Source: an uncultured Candidatus Saccharibacteria bacterium
Lineage (GTDB): Bacteria > Patescibacteriota > Minisyncoccia > Portnoybacterales > UBA2143
Assembly (NCBI GenBank): GCA_964596615.1
Contig: CAZQUN010000003.1
Location: forward strand, 2,550 to 66,549
Length of the DNA stretch: 64,000 bases
Reading direction: 5' to 3'
Below, in pieces: positions 1-9,949 of the stretch. Both the position numbers and the translations under genes were made by a program. The notes under the pieces were generated by a model that made no database searches, was not told the origin of the DNA, and was given only the letters and a program-made list of their open reading frames with translations. Each line of letters begins with the position of its first letter. The first letter of the stretch is position 1.

Positions 1-1400
1 CCATCAACGGTTGGCCCGCCGGTTTTTTCATAAAACCAGGATATTTTTTCAGCTGAAGTCGGAAAATCAGGAAACCAATTGGCATCATGCATTGACCAGG
101 CCGTGCTGACTTTCTGGATTGGCCGGGGTGGAATAATTTTCTCATGAAGCTGACCATCAGCATTATATACCCCATCAACAAAAAGATTAGTCATTTCTCC
201 CCGGTCTAATTCCAAAAGCCCGTAGGTGCCAATAAATCCGCCGGTTGCTCTAATTTCGCTGTTATTCTGGAAAATTAAGAGGTACTGACGAGGATTATTA
301 TGTCCTAAAATCTTAAGAAAAGCAGCGGAATAATCCAGGGCTCCTTCGAGCATTTCTTCAACCAAGGGAAGTTTTTCGCCCAAGGAAACAACTTCCGGCT
401 GAATTTCATCCGGCAAAGCATCAATTTTAACCTGACGGAGTTCCTCTATGGCAACTTCAATATCTTTTAAGGCTGTTTCTAAATTACTCTGGCTCAGAGC
501 AATTTTTTCTGTTAAATATTCCTGGCCTTCTTCTTTTGAGGCCAAGACATTATCAGATGAAGGCGTTTCAATTAATTCAAATAAATTACCAAAGGAAAAT
601 AGCTGGATAGCGGAAGACAAGGTCTGGCCGGCATCAGCCAGGTTTTCCCCAACCTTAACCAAGTGACTTCCTGAAGAAACTAGGGAACCGCCCGGTAATT
701 TGCCCAAAATACCAACGGTCAGCCGGCCAAGTTTGTTAATCTCATTCTGGGTTTCCAAAAAGTCAGCATGGGCCAGATTAAAATTCTTCTCAGCTGTTTC
801 AAAATCAGCTTTTTCCAGAGATTCCTTAGCCATTAAAAGATTCTGGTAGGCAGATGAGCCACTACCTAAAACCTCATCCTTAATTTCAAGACCCTGGCTT
901 AACCAGGTGAAAATAGGGATAAGGAGGGCAATAAGAAATCCGGTTATTAAAAACCTGGGTATTGACCAAGAAGAAATTTTATCTATAACCGGTTCCTTTG
1001 ATTCAACAACTGGCTGAGGATATTCCTGAGAAGCAACCTCGGGGAAATAGAAGTCGGATGCTTCGGGATGAATTTCTTCTGGTTTTTCCTCTTTTTCTTT
1101 AACTATTTCAACCGGTTTAATTTCAGGCAAACTATCAAGGACTTCCATTTCACTCGCTAATTCTGCTATAGCTTTTTCTCTGGTCATTTCTTCTTCAAAA
1201 ACAATCCTTTCTTCTATAATCTCCCTAGCTGGCTTTATTTTAATCGCCTTTTCTTTTCTTTCAGTTTCTCCTTCTGTTTCAGCTTCTCTTAAATCAACTA
1301 ATCCTTTAACCTGCTTTATTCTTTCCACATCCAAATTCCCCCTTTCTGTAACGGGCCTGACATCAAAGAGGGCTGATGAAATGTTTATTTTCCTCCTCAT
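1..1400 (-). CDS. DUF4012-domain membrane-anchored protein (runs off the window's left edge; not in ORF track)
   Basis: Manual translation from ATG at 1400 (MRRKINISSALFDV...). One TM segment, then the motif PRQYLLIFQNNSEIRATGGFIGTYG and ANWFPDFPTSA typical of DUF4012; lies next to a glycosyltransferase cluster. Confidence 0.8.
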   Translation of the reverse strand, partial: MRRKINISSALFDVRPVTERGNLDVERIKQVKGLVDLREAETEGETERKEKAIKIKPAREIIEERIVFEEEMTREKAIAELASEMEVLDSLPEIKPVEIVKEKEEKPEEIHPEASDFYFPEVASQEYPQPVVESKEPVIDKISSWSIPRFLITGFLIALLIPIFTWLSQGLEIKDEVLGSGSSAYQNLLMAKESLEKADFETAEKNFNLAHADFLETQNEINKLGRLTVGILGKLPGGSLVSSGSHLVKVGENLADAGQTLSSAIQLFSFGNLFELIETPSSDNVLASKEEGQEYLTEKIALSQSNLETALKDIEVAIEELRQVKIDALPDEIQPEVVSLGEKLPLVEEMLEGALDYSAAFLKILGHNNPRQYLLIFQNNSEIRATGGFIGTYGLLELDRGEMTNLFVDGVYNADGQLHEKIIPPRPIQKVSTAWSMHDANWFPDFPTSAEKISWFYEKTGGPTVD

Positions 1401-1542
1401 ATACCCAAAAAGTCCCCTCTTAAGAGGTTTGCCTCCTAATTATATCATACTTTCTAAATCTCCCTATCCACAATCAATCCACAATTGAAAACGCCGCTTA
1501 TTAAGCGGCCTTTTCTATTTTTGGCTTTGTTATCTAGCCACG

Positions 1543-1911
1543 TTATGGTCTAATCTTTTTGGGCACTAAAACAACCTTAATACTAGCGTCTGCTTCTGTA
1601 GATAGAAGAAGTTGGATGATTCTACCCGACTCTATAGACACACGAACGCACATCTCAATTCTCTCTATTCCGACATCGCGTAATTTAAGAGCCGAAATAA
1701 ATTTATCTAGTTCTAGGGACGTGAAAAAATCTGCTATACCTAAACCCGCTGCGTGAACATCCATCCTATCCCACGGAATCTGTCTCCCGGGTATTGGAAA
1801 TAACAACATTACTTTTGGTTCAGGATTTTCTGCTTCCTGTTCTTCTGCCTTGCTCACCGAAGGACAGAGAAAAAAGACCAAGATAATAAGTATGATTGTT
1901 TTTCTAAACAT
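1543..1911 (-). CDS. Hypothetical secreted protein (signal peptide); C-terminus resembles Pepco/Trypco-type small beta domains
   Basis: MFRKTIILIILVFFLCPSVSKA-E signal peptide; GGAGG RBS upstream; hairpin at ~1490-1512 downstream. Confidence 0.6.
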   Translation of the reverse strand: MFRKTIILIILVFFLCPSVSKAEEQEAENPEPKVMLLFPIPGRQIPWDRMDVHAAGLGIADFFTSLELDKFISALKLRDVGIERIEMCVRVSIESGRIIQLLLSTEADASIKVVLVPKKIRP

Positions 1912-1958
1912 TTTATTCCTCCTTCGTCTCTAAGGTTGTAGGATAGAAAAAAATCTGC

Positions 1959-3056
1959 CTATGGCTTTAAAGAACTATAAACCCCCATCATTTCCTTCCC
2001 CATTCTTTGCCAACTATACTCCTTTATCTTTTCCTTTCCCAGGGAAATCATTTTCTTTTGAAGTTTTTTATCTTCTAAAACTTGTTTAATTTTTCCTGCT
2101 ATTTCTTCAGGATTCTCCGGATTGAAATATATGACAGCATCTCCTAAAATCTCCGGTAGACAGGTTGCTGATGATGAAATCACGGGAAGATTATGAGCTA
2201 TGGCTTCCAGGGGCGGCAGACCGAATCCTTCACAAAGAGATGGAAAGATGTATAAAGAAGCATTTTGATAAAGAGAAGTTAATTCCTCGTCAGAAACAAA
2301 ATCGGTTAAAATAATGTCTTTTTCTTTTTCAAGCCGGTTGTAGAAGTAATCCAATTCGCCAACCAAAACTAATTGCAAATCCTTTTCTTTTTTCAATTCC
2401 TTAAAAGCCAAAATCAATTTTTCCAGATTCTTATGCGGATAGGCATTACCAACATAAAGCAGATACGGTTTTGAGATTCCTTCTGGCCGTTTTTGAAGAT
2501 TAGATACAGACTCAGGGGCTCCTTCGTAAATAACATCTATTTTCTCAGGATTAACCTTAAAGTAATCAAGAATATCTTTCTTAGTATAATTCGAAACAGC
2601 AATAATTTTTTTAGCCCGTTTAACAGCGGAATTAATAACCAGGTGGTAAGCTGTTTTTTTAAGCCAGTAAAAAAATGGATGAAGAGTTGAGGCTCTTTTT
2701 GTTGGAAATCTTTTTAAAATTAAATCGTGGATGGTAACAACAAAAGGAACCGGACAAAACAAAGGAACATTAAAATGAGGGAAATGAACCAAATCAACTT
2801 TGTTTTGCCAGATTTTTATTGGTAGAAATATTTGTTCCTTAAATCCGTACCATTTAGTATCTGATAAAACTTTTTTGAAGTTAGGATTTTTTGGCTGGTA
2901 TTCATCCCAGTTTTCTCTCCGAAGAAAAACAACGTATTGATTTTCATTATCAACCCTTTCTAATTCCTGGATTAGTTTTTCAACATAGCGGCCTAAACCT
3001 TTTTGTCTTGGTCCGTAGAATCGAGCATCAATACCAATTTTTAGTTGTTTTTTCAT
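1959..3056 (-). CDS. Glycosyltransferase family 4 (GT-B)
   Basis: IGIDAR, TIHDL, PHKN, EGFGLPPLEA motifs. Start moved to ATG 3056, which overlaps the upstream gene's stop (ATGA). Confidence 0.92.
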   Translation of the reverse strand: MKKQLKIGIDARFYGPRQKGLGRYVEKLIQELERVDNENQYVVFLRRENWDEYQPKNPNFKKVLSDTKWYGFKEQIFLPIKIWQNKVDLVHFPHFNVPLFCPVPFVVTIHDLILKRFPTKRASTLHPFFYWLKKTAYHLVINSAVKRAKKIIAVSNYTKKDILDYFKVNPEKIDVIYEGAPESVSNLQKRPEGISKPYLLYVGNAYPHKNLEKLILAFKELKKEKDLQLVLVGELDYFYNRLEKEKDIILTDFVSDEELTSLYQNASLYIFPSLCEGFGLPPLEAIAHNLPVISSSATCLPEILGDAVIYFNPENPEEIAGKIKQVLEDKKLQKKMISLGKEKIKEYSWQRMGKEMMGVYSSLKP

Positions 3057-4183
3057 TTTGTTAAAACCCCTAATGTCTCTCTGGCGCATTTTTGCCAGGA
3101 AAACTTTTTGGCCCGTTCTAGGCCTTTTTTTGTTAAATGATTCCTTAAATCGTTATCAGTCAAAACTGTCTCCATGGCCCAGGCCAGTTCATCAATATTT
3201 AATGGATTAATCATCAGGGCACCGTCCCCAACCACCTCCGGCAAAGACGAATTATTCGAAACAATTGTTGGCAGTCCACAGGCCATGGCTTCTAAAGGCG
3301 GAAAGCCAAATCCTTCAAAAAAACTCGGGTAGATAAATAATTCGGCCAGACCATACAAAACGGGCTTATCCTTTTCATCAACAAAACCAGTAAAAGCAAT
3401 ATCATCCCTGTATTTTGACTGATTGACTGCCTTGAAAACATCTTTGTAAAGCCATCCTTTTGTTCCGGCAATAACCAATCTGATTAATTGTTTTTTTCTG
3501 ACTGATTCAAAAGCTTTAATTAAACCGATTAGATTCTTTCTCGGTTCAATTGTGCCAAAGTAGAGAATGAATTTATCAGGCAGATTATACTTCCCCCTAA
3601 TTTCTTCTTCTTTTTCCCTATTCTCCCCTGGTTTAAATTGTTCTCCAACCCCGGAATAAATTACCTTAATTTTTTCTTCTTTAATCTGATAAAGATTAAT
3701 TAAATCGGTTTTGGTTGAGTTTGAGACGGCAATAATCTTATCAGCTCCCCGAGCTTCTTTTCTGGTTTTCATTAAAAACCTTTGCCATAATCTTTTTCGC
3801 CAGGAAAAAAATTCTGGATAATGAATGAAAGATAAATCATGAAAAGTCATTATCTTTCTGCATTTCAAAGAAACCGGCGAAACAAAGAAATGGGGATTGA
3901 AATATGCTTCAATTCCTTTAAGAAGTTTATCAATTCTGGGTCGGTTGAAATATGTGGCCGAAGTAAAAAAAAGACGATTAGGAATCTTAAAATCCTTTAA
4001 CTCAACATTATCAAGAGAAAGCCAGGGATAATCCAAATTAACTTTTCGCAGAGCATTGTAGAAAAGATGGTAATTGGCTTTAGATTCCAGAGGAAGAAGA
4101 TAAGATAAAAGATTAATTACATATTCCTCTACTCCGGTCCTGGCACCGCGGGCTAAAACCCTGATATCAATACCGATGTTCAT
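3053..4183 (-). CDS. Glycosyltransferase family 4 (GT-B)
   Basis: MNIGIDIR, TFHDL, EPRKN, EGFGFPPLEAMACG. Start moved to ATG 4183. Confidence 0.92.
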   Translation of the reverse strand: MNIGIDIRVLARGARTGVEEYVINLLSYLLPLESKANYHLFYNALRKVNLDYPWLSLDNVELKDFKIPNRLFFTSATYFNRPRIDKLLKGIEAYFNPHFFVSPVSLKCRKIMTFHDLSFIHYPEFFSWRKRLWQRFLMKTRKEARGADKIIAVSNSTKTDLINLYQIKEEKIKVIYSGVGEQFKPGENREKEEEIRGKYNLPDKFILYFGTIEPRKNLIGLIKAFESVRKKQLIRLVIAGTKGWLYKDVFKAVNQSKYRDDIAFTGFVDEKDKPVLYGLAELFIYPSFFEGFGFPPLEAMACGLPTIVSNNSSLPEVVGDGALMINPLNIDELAWAMETVLTDNDLRNHLTKKGLERAKKFSWQKCARETLGVLTK

Positions 4184-5252
4184 TAATAAATTTCTTAATT
4201 TTTTCCTTAAATTTTTCTTTGTCAAATTCAAGGGCTCTTTCTCTGATTTCTTCCGGATCAAAATCATTCGGATTAAAATCTTTTAATACTTTAATTAACT
4301 CTTCTGTTTTTTGTTTTTTAAAAAACAAGCCGGTTAATCCTGGCTGAATAATTTCCAGGGCACCGCCTGACTGATAAGCAATAACCGGTCGGCCGGAAGC
4401 CATTGATTCAAGAGCAGTAATGCCAAAATCTTCTTCCTGGGGAAAAATCATTGCCCGGGAATGAGCGTAATAGTATTTGAGGAGGTCGTCGGAAACCAAG
4501 CCAACAAATTCAATGTTTTTTTTGGCAATTTTGGTCAATCTTTTTCTGTCCGGACCATCGCCAATAATTTTCAACGGCCAACCAAGTTGATTAAAAGCCT
4601 TAATAGCCAGGTCGAAGCGCTTGTAGGGAAGGAACCGGCCAACCATTAAAAAGTAATCTTCTGGTTTCTGGGCAATGTAGAAAAGATTGGCTTTGACCGG
4701 CGGATGAATAACTTCTGAATCCCTTTGATAATATTTTCTTATCCTTTTTTTAACAAAATGGGAATTGGCAATAAAGGCATCGACCCGGCAGGAGGCCTTT
4801 TCATCCCAGAGTCTAATATAGTTCATGAAAAAAGGAATTAGTTTTTTAATCGGTCCAGGATAACCAAATTCTTCAATGTATTTATGGGAATCATCCCAGG
4901 CATAACGAATCGGAGTATGACAATAGCAAATATGAAGGGTTTGGGGACCGGTAATAATTCCCTTGGCGTAACTGGCTGAATCAGATAAAACCAAATCAAA
5001 ATCAGAAAAATCAAACTGTTCAACAGCAATTGGCATCAGCATTAAAAAAGGACGGTGATGGGATTTAACCAAAGGAACTCTTTGAAGAAATGAAGTCTTA
5101 ATTTTTCTTCCTTCAAAAGCATAACCGGTTCTCTTTTTATCATAAAGCAGGGTATAAATTGGCGCTTTGGGATAAATTTCAAGAAAGGCCTCCAAAACCC
5201 TTTCTGCCCCTCCATACTGATTGAGGTAGTCGTGAACCAGGGCAACTTTCAT
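4167..5252 (-). CDS. Glycosyltransferase family 4 (WbaZ-like mannosyltransferase type)
   Basis: MKVALVHDYL..GGAERV, YCHTPIRYAW, EDFGITALESMASG. Confidence 0.92.
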   Translation of the reverse strand: MKVALVHDYLNQYGGAERVLEAFLEIYPKAPIYTLLYDKKRTGYAFEGRKIKTSFLQRVPLVKSHHRPFLMLMPIAVEQFDFSDFDLVLSDSASYAKGIITGPQTLHICYCHTPIRYAWDDSHKYIEEFGYPGPIKKLIPFFMNYIRLWDEKASCRVDAFIANSHFVKKRIRKYYQRDSEVIHPPVKANLFYIAQKPEDYFLMVGRFLPYKRFDLAIKAFNQLGWPLKIIGDGPDRKRLTKIAKKNIEFVGLVSDDLLKYYYAHSRAMIFPQEEDFGITALESMASGRPVIAYQSGGALEIIQPGLTGLFFKKQKTEELIKVLKDFNPNDFDPEEIRERALEFDKEKFKEKIKKFINEHRY

Positions 5253-5255
5253 ATA

Positions 5256-6644
5256 TTACTGAGCAGATTTATCCCGAAACAAAACAATCCAGGTCCTTAA
5301 AAATATTTTCAAATCCATTAGCAAGGACCAGTTTTCAACATAATAGGTATCTAATTTAATTTCTTCTTCAAAAGGCAAATCGGAACTGCCGGAGATTTGG
5401 GCAAAACCGGTCATACCTGATTTTATCGCCAAAACCTTCTTATGATGTTTTTCGTATTTGGCAATCTCATCCGGCTGATGGGGCCTTGGCCCAACCAAGC
5501 TCATTTCCCCTTTTAAAACATTGATTAACTGGGGAAATTCATCAATCCGATATTTCCTTAAGAAACGGCCAACTCTTGTTATTCTTGGATCATCCCTCAT
5601 TTTAAACAAGGGTCCTTCTTTTCTTTCATTGTAATCCCAGAGAAACCTTTTTAAATCTTCGGCTCCTTTAATCATGGAGCGGAATTTGTAAAGATTAAAT
5701 TCATTCCCCTGGCTGATTCTTTTTAATTTCTTAAAGACCGGTCCCTTGGAATCCCACTTGATAATGAAGGCGACTAAGAGGAAAAAAGGAGAAAGAATAA
5801 TTAGGCCAAGCAGAGAACCAATGAAATCAGTAATTCTTTTAATAATCCTCCCCCAGCCATCGAGGGTAGTTCTTTTTAATTCAACCAAAGGAACATCACC
5901 CAATGTTTCAACCGTAGCGTTGCTCGTTAAGGTCTGAAAAAGATTAGGAACAAACTTAAAGGTTAAGTGATTATCTTCGCAGAAATTAACTAATTCCAAA
6001 ATCTTTTCTTTGGGCCAGTCCGGATCAGCCAGAATAACTTCCTCAACACCAGGATTACTAACTTTGTTTTTAATTTCGTTAATATCAGGCTCGATTAAAT
6101 TAGTCACTAAATAATATCCCCAGATGGGCTGGTTTTTAATCTGATTGATAATCTTTTGACTAATACCGTCCTTTCCAACAACCAGAACCCGGCGAGAACC
6201 AAAATGATATTTTCTCATTAAATACCTCTGCCAACGATTAACCAAAAAACGACCAAGAGAAACAAAAACAATCGCTATTAACCAACCGGCTAAAACCAGG
6301 AACCGGGAATTGAATAATTCCTGGCGAAGGAAAATGTAGAAGACCAAAACAAAAACTCCGGCTGAAACACCGATAATGACTTTAAGAAGATCATCTAAAA
6401 GGATTCTTCTAACCTGAATTCGATAAAGTCCAACTAAGGCAAAGACAAAGAGTAGAAAAAGAGAAACCCCGGCAATCAGGGCAAAATACCGGTTAAAAGG
6501 CAAACTTAAATTAAAAAGCACCGGTCGGTATTGAACAACCATCGGACTAGTTCGCAGAAAATATGTAAAAAGCCCTGCCCCTAGAAGCATTAGAAAATCC
6601 AAAGGCGGCAGAATTGCTGTAAAGATTAATTCTGGCTTCTTCAT
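5256..6644 (-). CDS. Polyprenyl-phosphate glycosylphosphotransferase (priming sugar transferase, WcaJ/WbaP family)
   Basis: N-terminal TM helices; C-terminal KFRSM, DDPRITRVGRFLRK, DEFPQLINVLKGEMSLVGPRP. Confidence 0.93.
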   Translation of the reverse strand: MKKPELIFTAILPPLDFLMLLGAGLFTYFLRTSPMVVQYRPVLFNLSLPFNRYFALIAGVSLFLLFVFALVGLYRIQVRRILLDDLLKVIIGVSAGVFVLVFYIFLRQELFNSRFLVLAGWLIAIVFVSLGRFLVNRWQRYLMRKYHFGSRRVLVVGKDGISQKIINQIKNQPIWGYYLVTNLIEPDINEIKNKVSNPGVEEVILADPDWPKEKILELVNFCEDNHLTFKFVPNLFQTLTSNATVETLGDVPLVELKRTTLDGWGRIIKRITDFIGSLLGLIILSPFFLLVAFIIKWDSKGPVFKKLKRISQGNEFNLYKFRSMIKGAEDLKRFLWDYNERKEGPLFKMRDDPRITRVGRFLRKYRIDEFPQLINVLKGEMSLVGPRPHQPDEIAKYEKHHKKVLAIKSGMTGFAQISGSSDLPFEEEIKLDTYYVENWSLLMDLKIFLRTWIVLFRDKSAQ

Positions 6645-6712
6645 TATCTTAATACTAGTTAATTAAGCCGGAAAAAGCAACAAAAAAATCCCGTTTCAAC
6701 GGGGTTTTCTTG

Positions 6713-7049
6713 TGTCCAAGCAAGCCGTAAGCCGGGTTCTGTCTTGGATAGTCATCTATCTGGGATCAATATTACTATTGACCTCAAGCGAGCTACTTTT
6801 TTCCGCCAAAGGCGGATTTGCTCTTGCACCAGGCAGGGTTTACCACGTCTCAGCATCTCTGCCGGACGAGAGGAGTTAATCCTCACTTTTCACCTTTCCT
6901 CCCTTTAGGAGAGTACCCCTAAAGCGAAGTAGTATTGTCTCTGTGGCACTTTCCCTATTCTCACGAACGGTGGGCGTTACCCACTGCCACTTAGTGGTGC
7001 CCGGACTTTCCTCCCCCAATGGAGGGCGACTATCTAACTTACTTGGACA
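6713..7049 (-). ncRNA. rnpB: RNase P RNA
   Basis: Minus strand has GAGGAAAGTCCGGGC, GGAAAGTGCCACAGA, GGTAAACCC and ACAGAACCCGGCTTA; termini GTCCAAGTAAGT / GCTTGCTTGGAC pair as P1. Confidence 0.96.
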
Positions 7050-7135
7050 ACTCCATTCTATCATAAATATCGCTTTTGTCAATATTAAGAAGCGGCGTCC
7101 GTAGACACCGCTCCGATAGAGTCATTTTTCGACTC

Positions 7136-7657
7136 CTACAAACGATCAAATACCAATAGAATATCCCGGATTTCACTAATTTTACCATCTCCGTCTCTCA
7201 CTGTCAGAACCTCTTCCTTAATCTGTTTTTCTATCGCCTCTATCTCTCCTTCAATCGCGCCTATAACAATCTGTAGCGATTCTTTGGTATAAGGATTTTT
7301 TACATCCTTTATTTTTTCTCCAAGACGAATCAGGAATCTGTCTTGAAATATTATTCTGTCATCTTCTCTGATCCGTTTTTCAAAAGTAGTTTTCTGTTTT
7401 TCTATCGCCTGATAAAAAAACTTCAACGATTCGATTATAAGTTTACTTTTTTTCGATATAGCCTCTTGATCGGTTTCGCTGATAACAGACTCTTCCGTAA
7501 TTATAATACCTGCTTCTTCAAGGTGTTTTTCTGCTTCCTCTTGGTGTAAGCGAAGAACTACACAACTTTTACAACAGCTTCCTCCGATCTCCAGTAAGCC
7601 ACCTCCTTCAACATCCGGTCTTATCTGGCATGCTTCATTAATAATCCAACATTTCAT
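7136..7657 (-). CDS. Hypothetical protein (Cys-rich N-terminus, helical C-terminus)
   Basis: 173-aa ORF with GGGAGGAG RBS, TTGACT-type promoter near 7763-7768 and hairpin at ~7089-7114. Confidence 0.6.
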   Translation of the reverse strand: MKCWIINEACQIRPDVEGGGLLEIGGSCCKSCVVLRLHQEEAEKHLEEAGIIITEESVISETDQEAISKKSKLIIESLKFFYQAIEKQKTTFEKRIREDDRIIFQDRFLIRLGEKIKDVKNPYTKESLQIVIGAIEGEIEAIEKQIKEEVLTVRDGDGKISEIRDILLVFDRL

Positions 7658-7768
7658 ATTTATCTCTCCTCCCGATTCTAAGAATATTTAATAGATATAT
7701 ATATTCACCTATTAAAAAACAAGAGTTCCTCCTTGTTCTAAATCTATCATAACTTAACAGATAGTCAA

Positions 7769-8200
7769 CTATAAAAGCTTTTGATTCTTCCCCTCGTTGT
7801 CCAGGGCTTCATTAAGCAATCGGTCAGCTTCTTTGTTTTCCTGCCTGGGAATATGACTAAAACCAACCTTCTTAAAATCAAGTATTAGATTAAGAATTTT
7901 AATAAAAAGCGGTTGAAGATCTTTTTCCTTAATTTTGTATTGGCGATTTAACTGCTTTGCTACTAATTCGCTGTCCATTAGTATCTCTATCTCCATTTCC
8001 TTGGTTTTCTTTTTACCAAAAAGGAGCTTGGCTTTTTTTAAGGCAAAAATAACTGCCTGATATTCAGCCTGATTATTAGTCATCTCCCCAACTACTTCGC
8101 CATATTTTTTAATTGCCTGGCCGTCTTTTGAAATGACGACTCCGATGGCAGCTGGCCCAGGATTCCCTCTTGAACCACCGTCGGTATAGATTTGTACCAT
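7769..8200 (-). CDS. rnhA: Ribonuclease HI family protein
   Basis: YTDGGSRGNPGPAAIG, TNNQAEY, DSELV, PRQENKEAD. Confidence 0.92.
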   Translation of the reverse strand: MVQIYTDGGSRGNPGPAAIGVVISKDGQAIKKYGEVVGEMTNNQAEYQAVIFALKKAKLLFGKKKTKEMEIEILMDSELVAKQLNRQYKIKEKDLQPLFIKILNLILDFKKVGFSHIPRQENKEADRLLNEALDNEGKNQKLL

Positions 8201-8202
8201 AA

Positions 8203-9945
8203 TTAATCTGTTAATTTTAAATCAATAATTTTTAGTTCTAAATCGCGACTGCCGTTCCATTCATTTAGGATAAACTCAAAAACAATATCAATCAAATCTC
8301 CTTTTTTTAATCCGCCTTCTTTTTCTCCCATGCCAAAGGCAATCGCTTTGAAATTTTTGGCTTTACTCCCATCAAAACAGATTAAATCAAGTTTCAAATG
8401 CCCCCCATTGTTACCAACCACTCTCAAATCCTTAACTTCCAATCCTTTGATTAAAAATCTTGGCTCCGAATTACCCCGGCCAAAAGGAGCGAATTTCTGA
8501 ATCTGGTCGTAATTTGACCAATTAATGTCATTCAGAGTCAGTTGAGCGTCAATTTTTACAGTCGAAATTAAATCTTCGGCTTTTAATTTCTTCTCTGCTT
8601 CTTTGATGAAAATATCTTTAACTTTTTTCAGATTTTCTTTTTTGACTCTGAAACCGGCTCCGCCCCTATGCCCGCCGTAATCATCTAAGAATTTAGCCGC
8701 TTTTTTAATTGGTCCCATTAAATCAAATTGGGGGATACTTCGACAGGAAGCATGGATTAAATCTCCTTTTTCATGATAAATTACTGCTGGTCGGCAATAT
8801 TTCTCCCGAACCTTGTTCGCCACCAGTCCAACCAGGCCAACTGGCCAATCAGGGCTGCCTTCAAAAATAGCTTTCCCTTTTAGAGGAGGGTTAAGACGGC
8901 TTTCTAATTCCTGAACAATCTTAAGGGTTAAATTCTGCCTTCTAGTATTTTTCTGGTTAAGAGCCATTGCCAGCCTATTAGCTTCTTTCCTGTTCTGGGT
9001 AGTCAGTAAATGAAAAGCGGCGTTGGCATGGTCCATTCGACTAGCGGCGTTCAATCGAGGACCAATGACAAAACCAAGAGTAGTCGCATTAAGATTGGTT
9101 ATCGGTGCTTCCCCATCCGTTGAGCGCTGGATTACCTTGGGTTCTACCCGGGCAGTTTTCATTAATTCTTTTAGTCCCGGTCTTTCGGTCTGAGCTAAAA
9201 CCCCTAAGCCGTATCTAACCATAGTTCTGTTTTCCCCGATAATTGGCATCATATCAACAACCGTTGCAATCGCAACTAAATCAAGGAGCCATTTTTTGAA
9301 CGGTTCTTTTTTGCCGTTCTTTAAATCCAGGAGCGCCCAAGAAAGTTTGTAAGCAACGCCGGCGCCGGAGAGTTTCTTAAAGGGATACTTGTCCTCTTTT
9401 TGAAGAGGATTAACCAGAGCCAGAGCTTTAGGTAATTTATCATGAACTTCGTGATGGTCGGTGATAATAACATCCAAGCCTAAAGAGTTAGCCAATTTAA
9501 CCTCCTCAAAATCAGTACTGCCGCAATCAACAGTGACAATTAATTTTACCCCTTTCCGGGCCAATTCTCTGACCGAATTTTCATTCAAGCCATGGTTTTC
9601 TTTTTCCCGGTTTGGAATATATGTATCAAGGCTCTTACAACCAAGTTTTTTTAAGGTTGAATACAAAATTACTGAAGCGCAAACCCCGTCAGTATCAAAA
9701 TCTCCGTAAACAGTGATTTTTTCTTTCTCTTCAATCGCCTTTGAAATCCTTTTGACCGCCTCTTTCATTCCTTTTAAAAGATAGGGGTCGTGAAAGTCCT
9801 GATGAAAATCAGGATGAAAAAACTCATCAATTGATTCCTGGGTTTTTAATCCCCGGCTATAGAGCAACTGGATAATTAAAGGAGAATATTCTGGAAATTG
9901 TTTCAAAAAAGCGCCAGGCGCTTTTGGTTGCACTTGCCATTTCAT
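8203..9945 (-). CDS. recJ: Single-stranded DNA exonuclease RecJ
   Basis: YGDFDTDG, TVDCG, ITDHH, GPRLNAASR, GGH, PFGRGNSEP. Confidence 0.96.
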   Translation of the reverse strand: MKWQVQPKAPGAFLKQFPEYSPLIIQLLYSRGLKTQESIDEFFHPDFHQDFHDPYLLKGMKEAVKRISKAIEEKEKITVYGDFDTDGVCASVILYSTLKKLGCKSLDTYIPNREKENHGLNENSVRELARKGVKLIVTVDCGSTDFEEVKLANSLGLDVIITDHHEVHDKLPKALALVNPLQKEDKYPFKKLSGAGVAYKLSWALLDLKNGKKEPFKKWLLDLVAIATVVDMMPIIGENRTMVRYGLGVLAQTERPGLKELMKTARVEPKVIQRSTDGEAPITNLNATTLGFVIGPRLNAASRMDHANAAFHLLTTQNRKEANRLAMALNQKNTRRQNLTLKIVQELESRLNPPLKGKAIFEGSPDWPVGLVGLVANKVREKYCRPAVIYHEKGDLIHASCRSIPQFDLMGPIKKAAKFLDDYGGHRGGAGFRVKKENLKKVKDIFIKEAEKKLKAEDLISTVKIDAQLTLNDINWSNYDQIQKFAPFGRGNSEPRFLIKGLEVKDLRVVGNNGGHLKLDLICFDGSKAKNFKAIAFGMGEKEGGLKKGDLIDIVFEFILNEWNGSRDLELKIIDLKLTD

Positions 9946-9949
9946 ATTT

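Noticed and set aside
6876-7082. 68-aa ORF in the ORF track
   Set aside because: It lies within the RNase P RNA gene.
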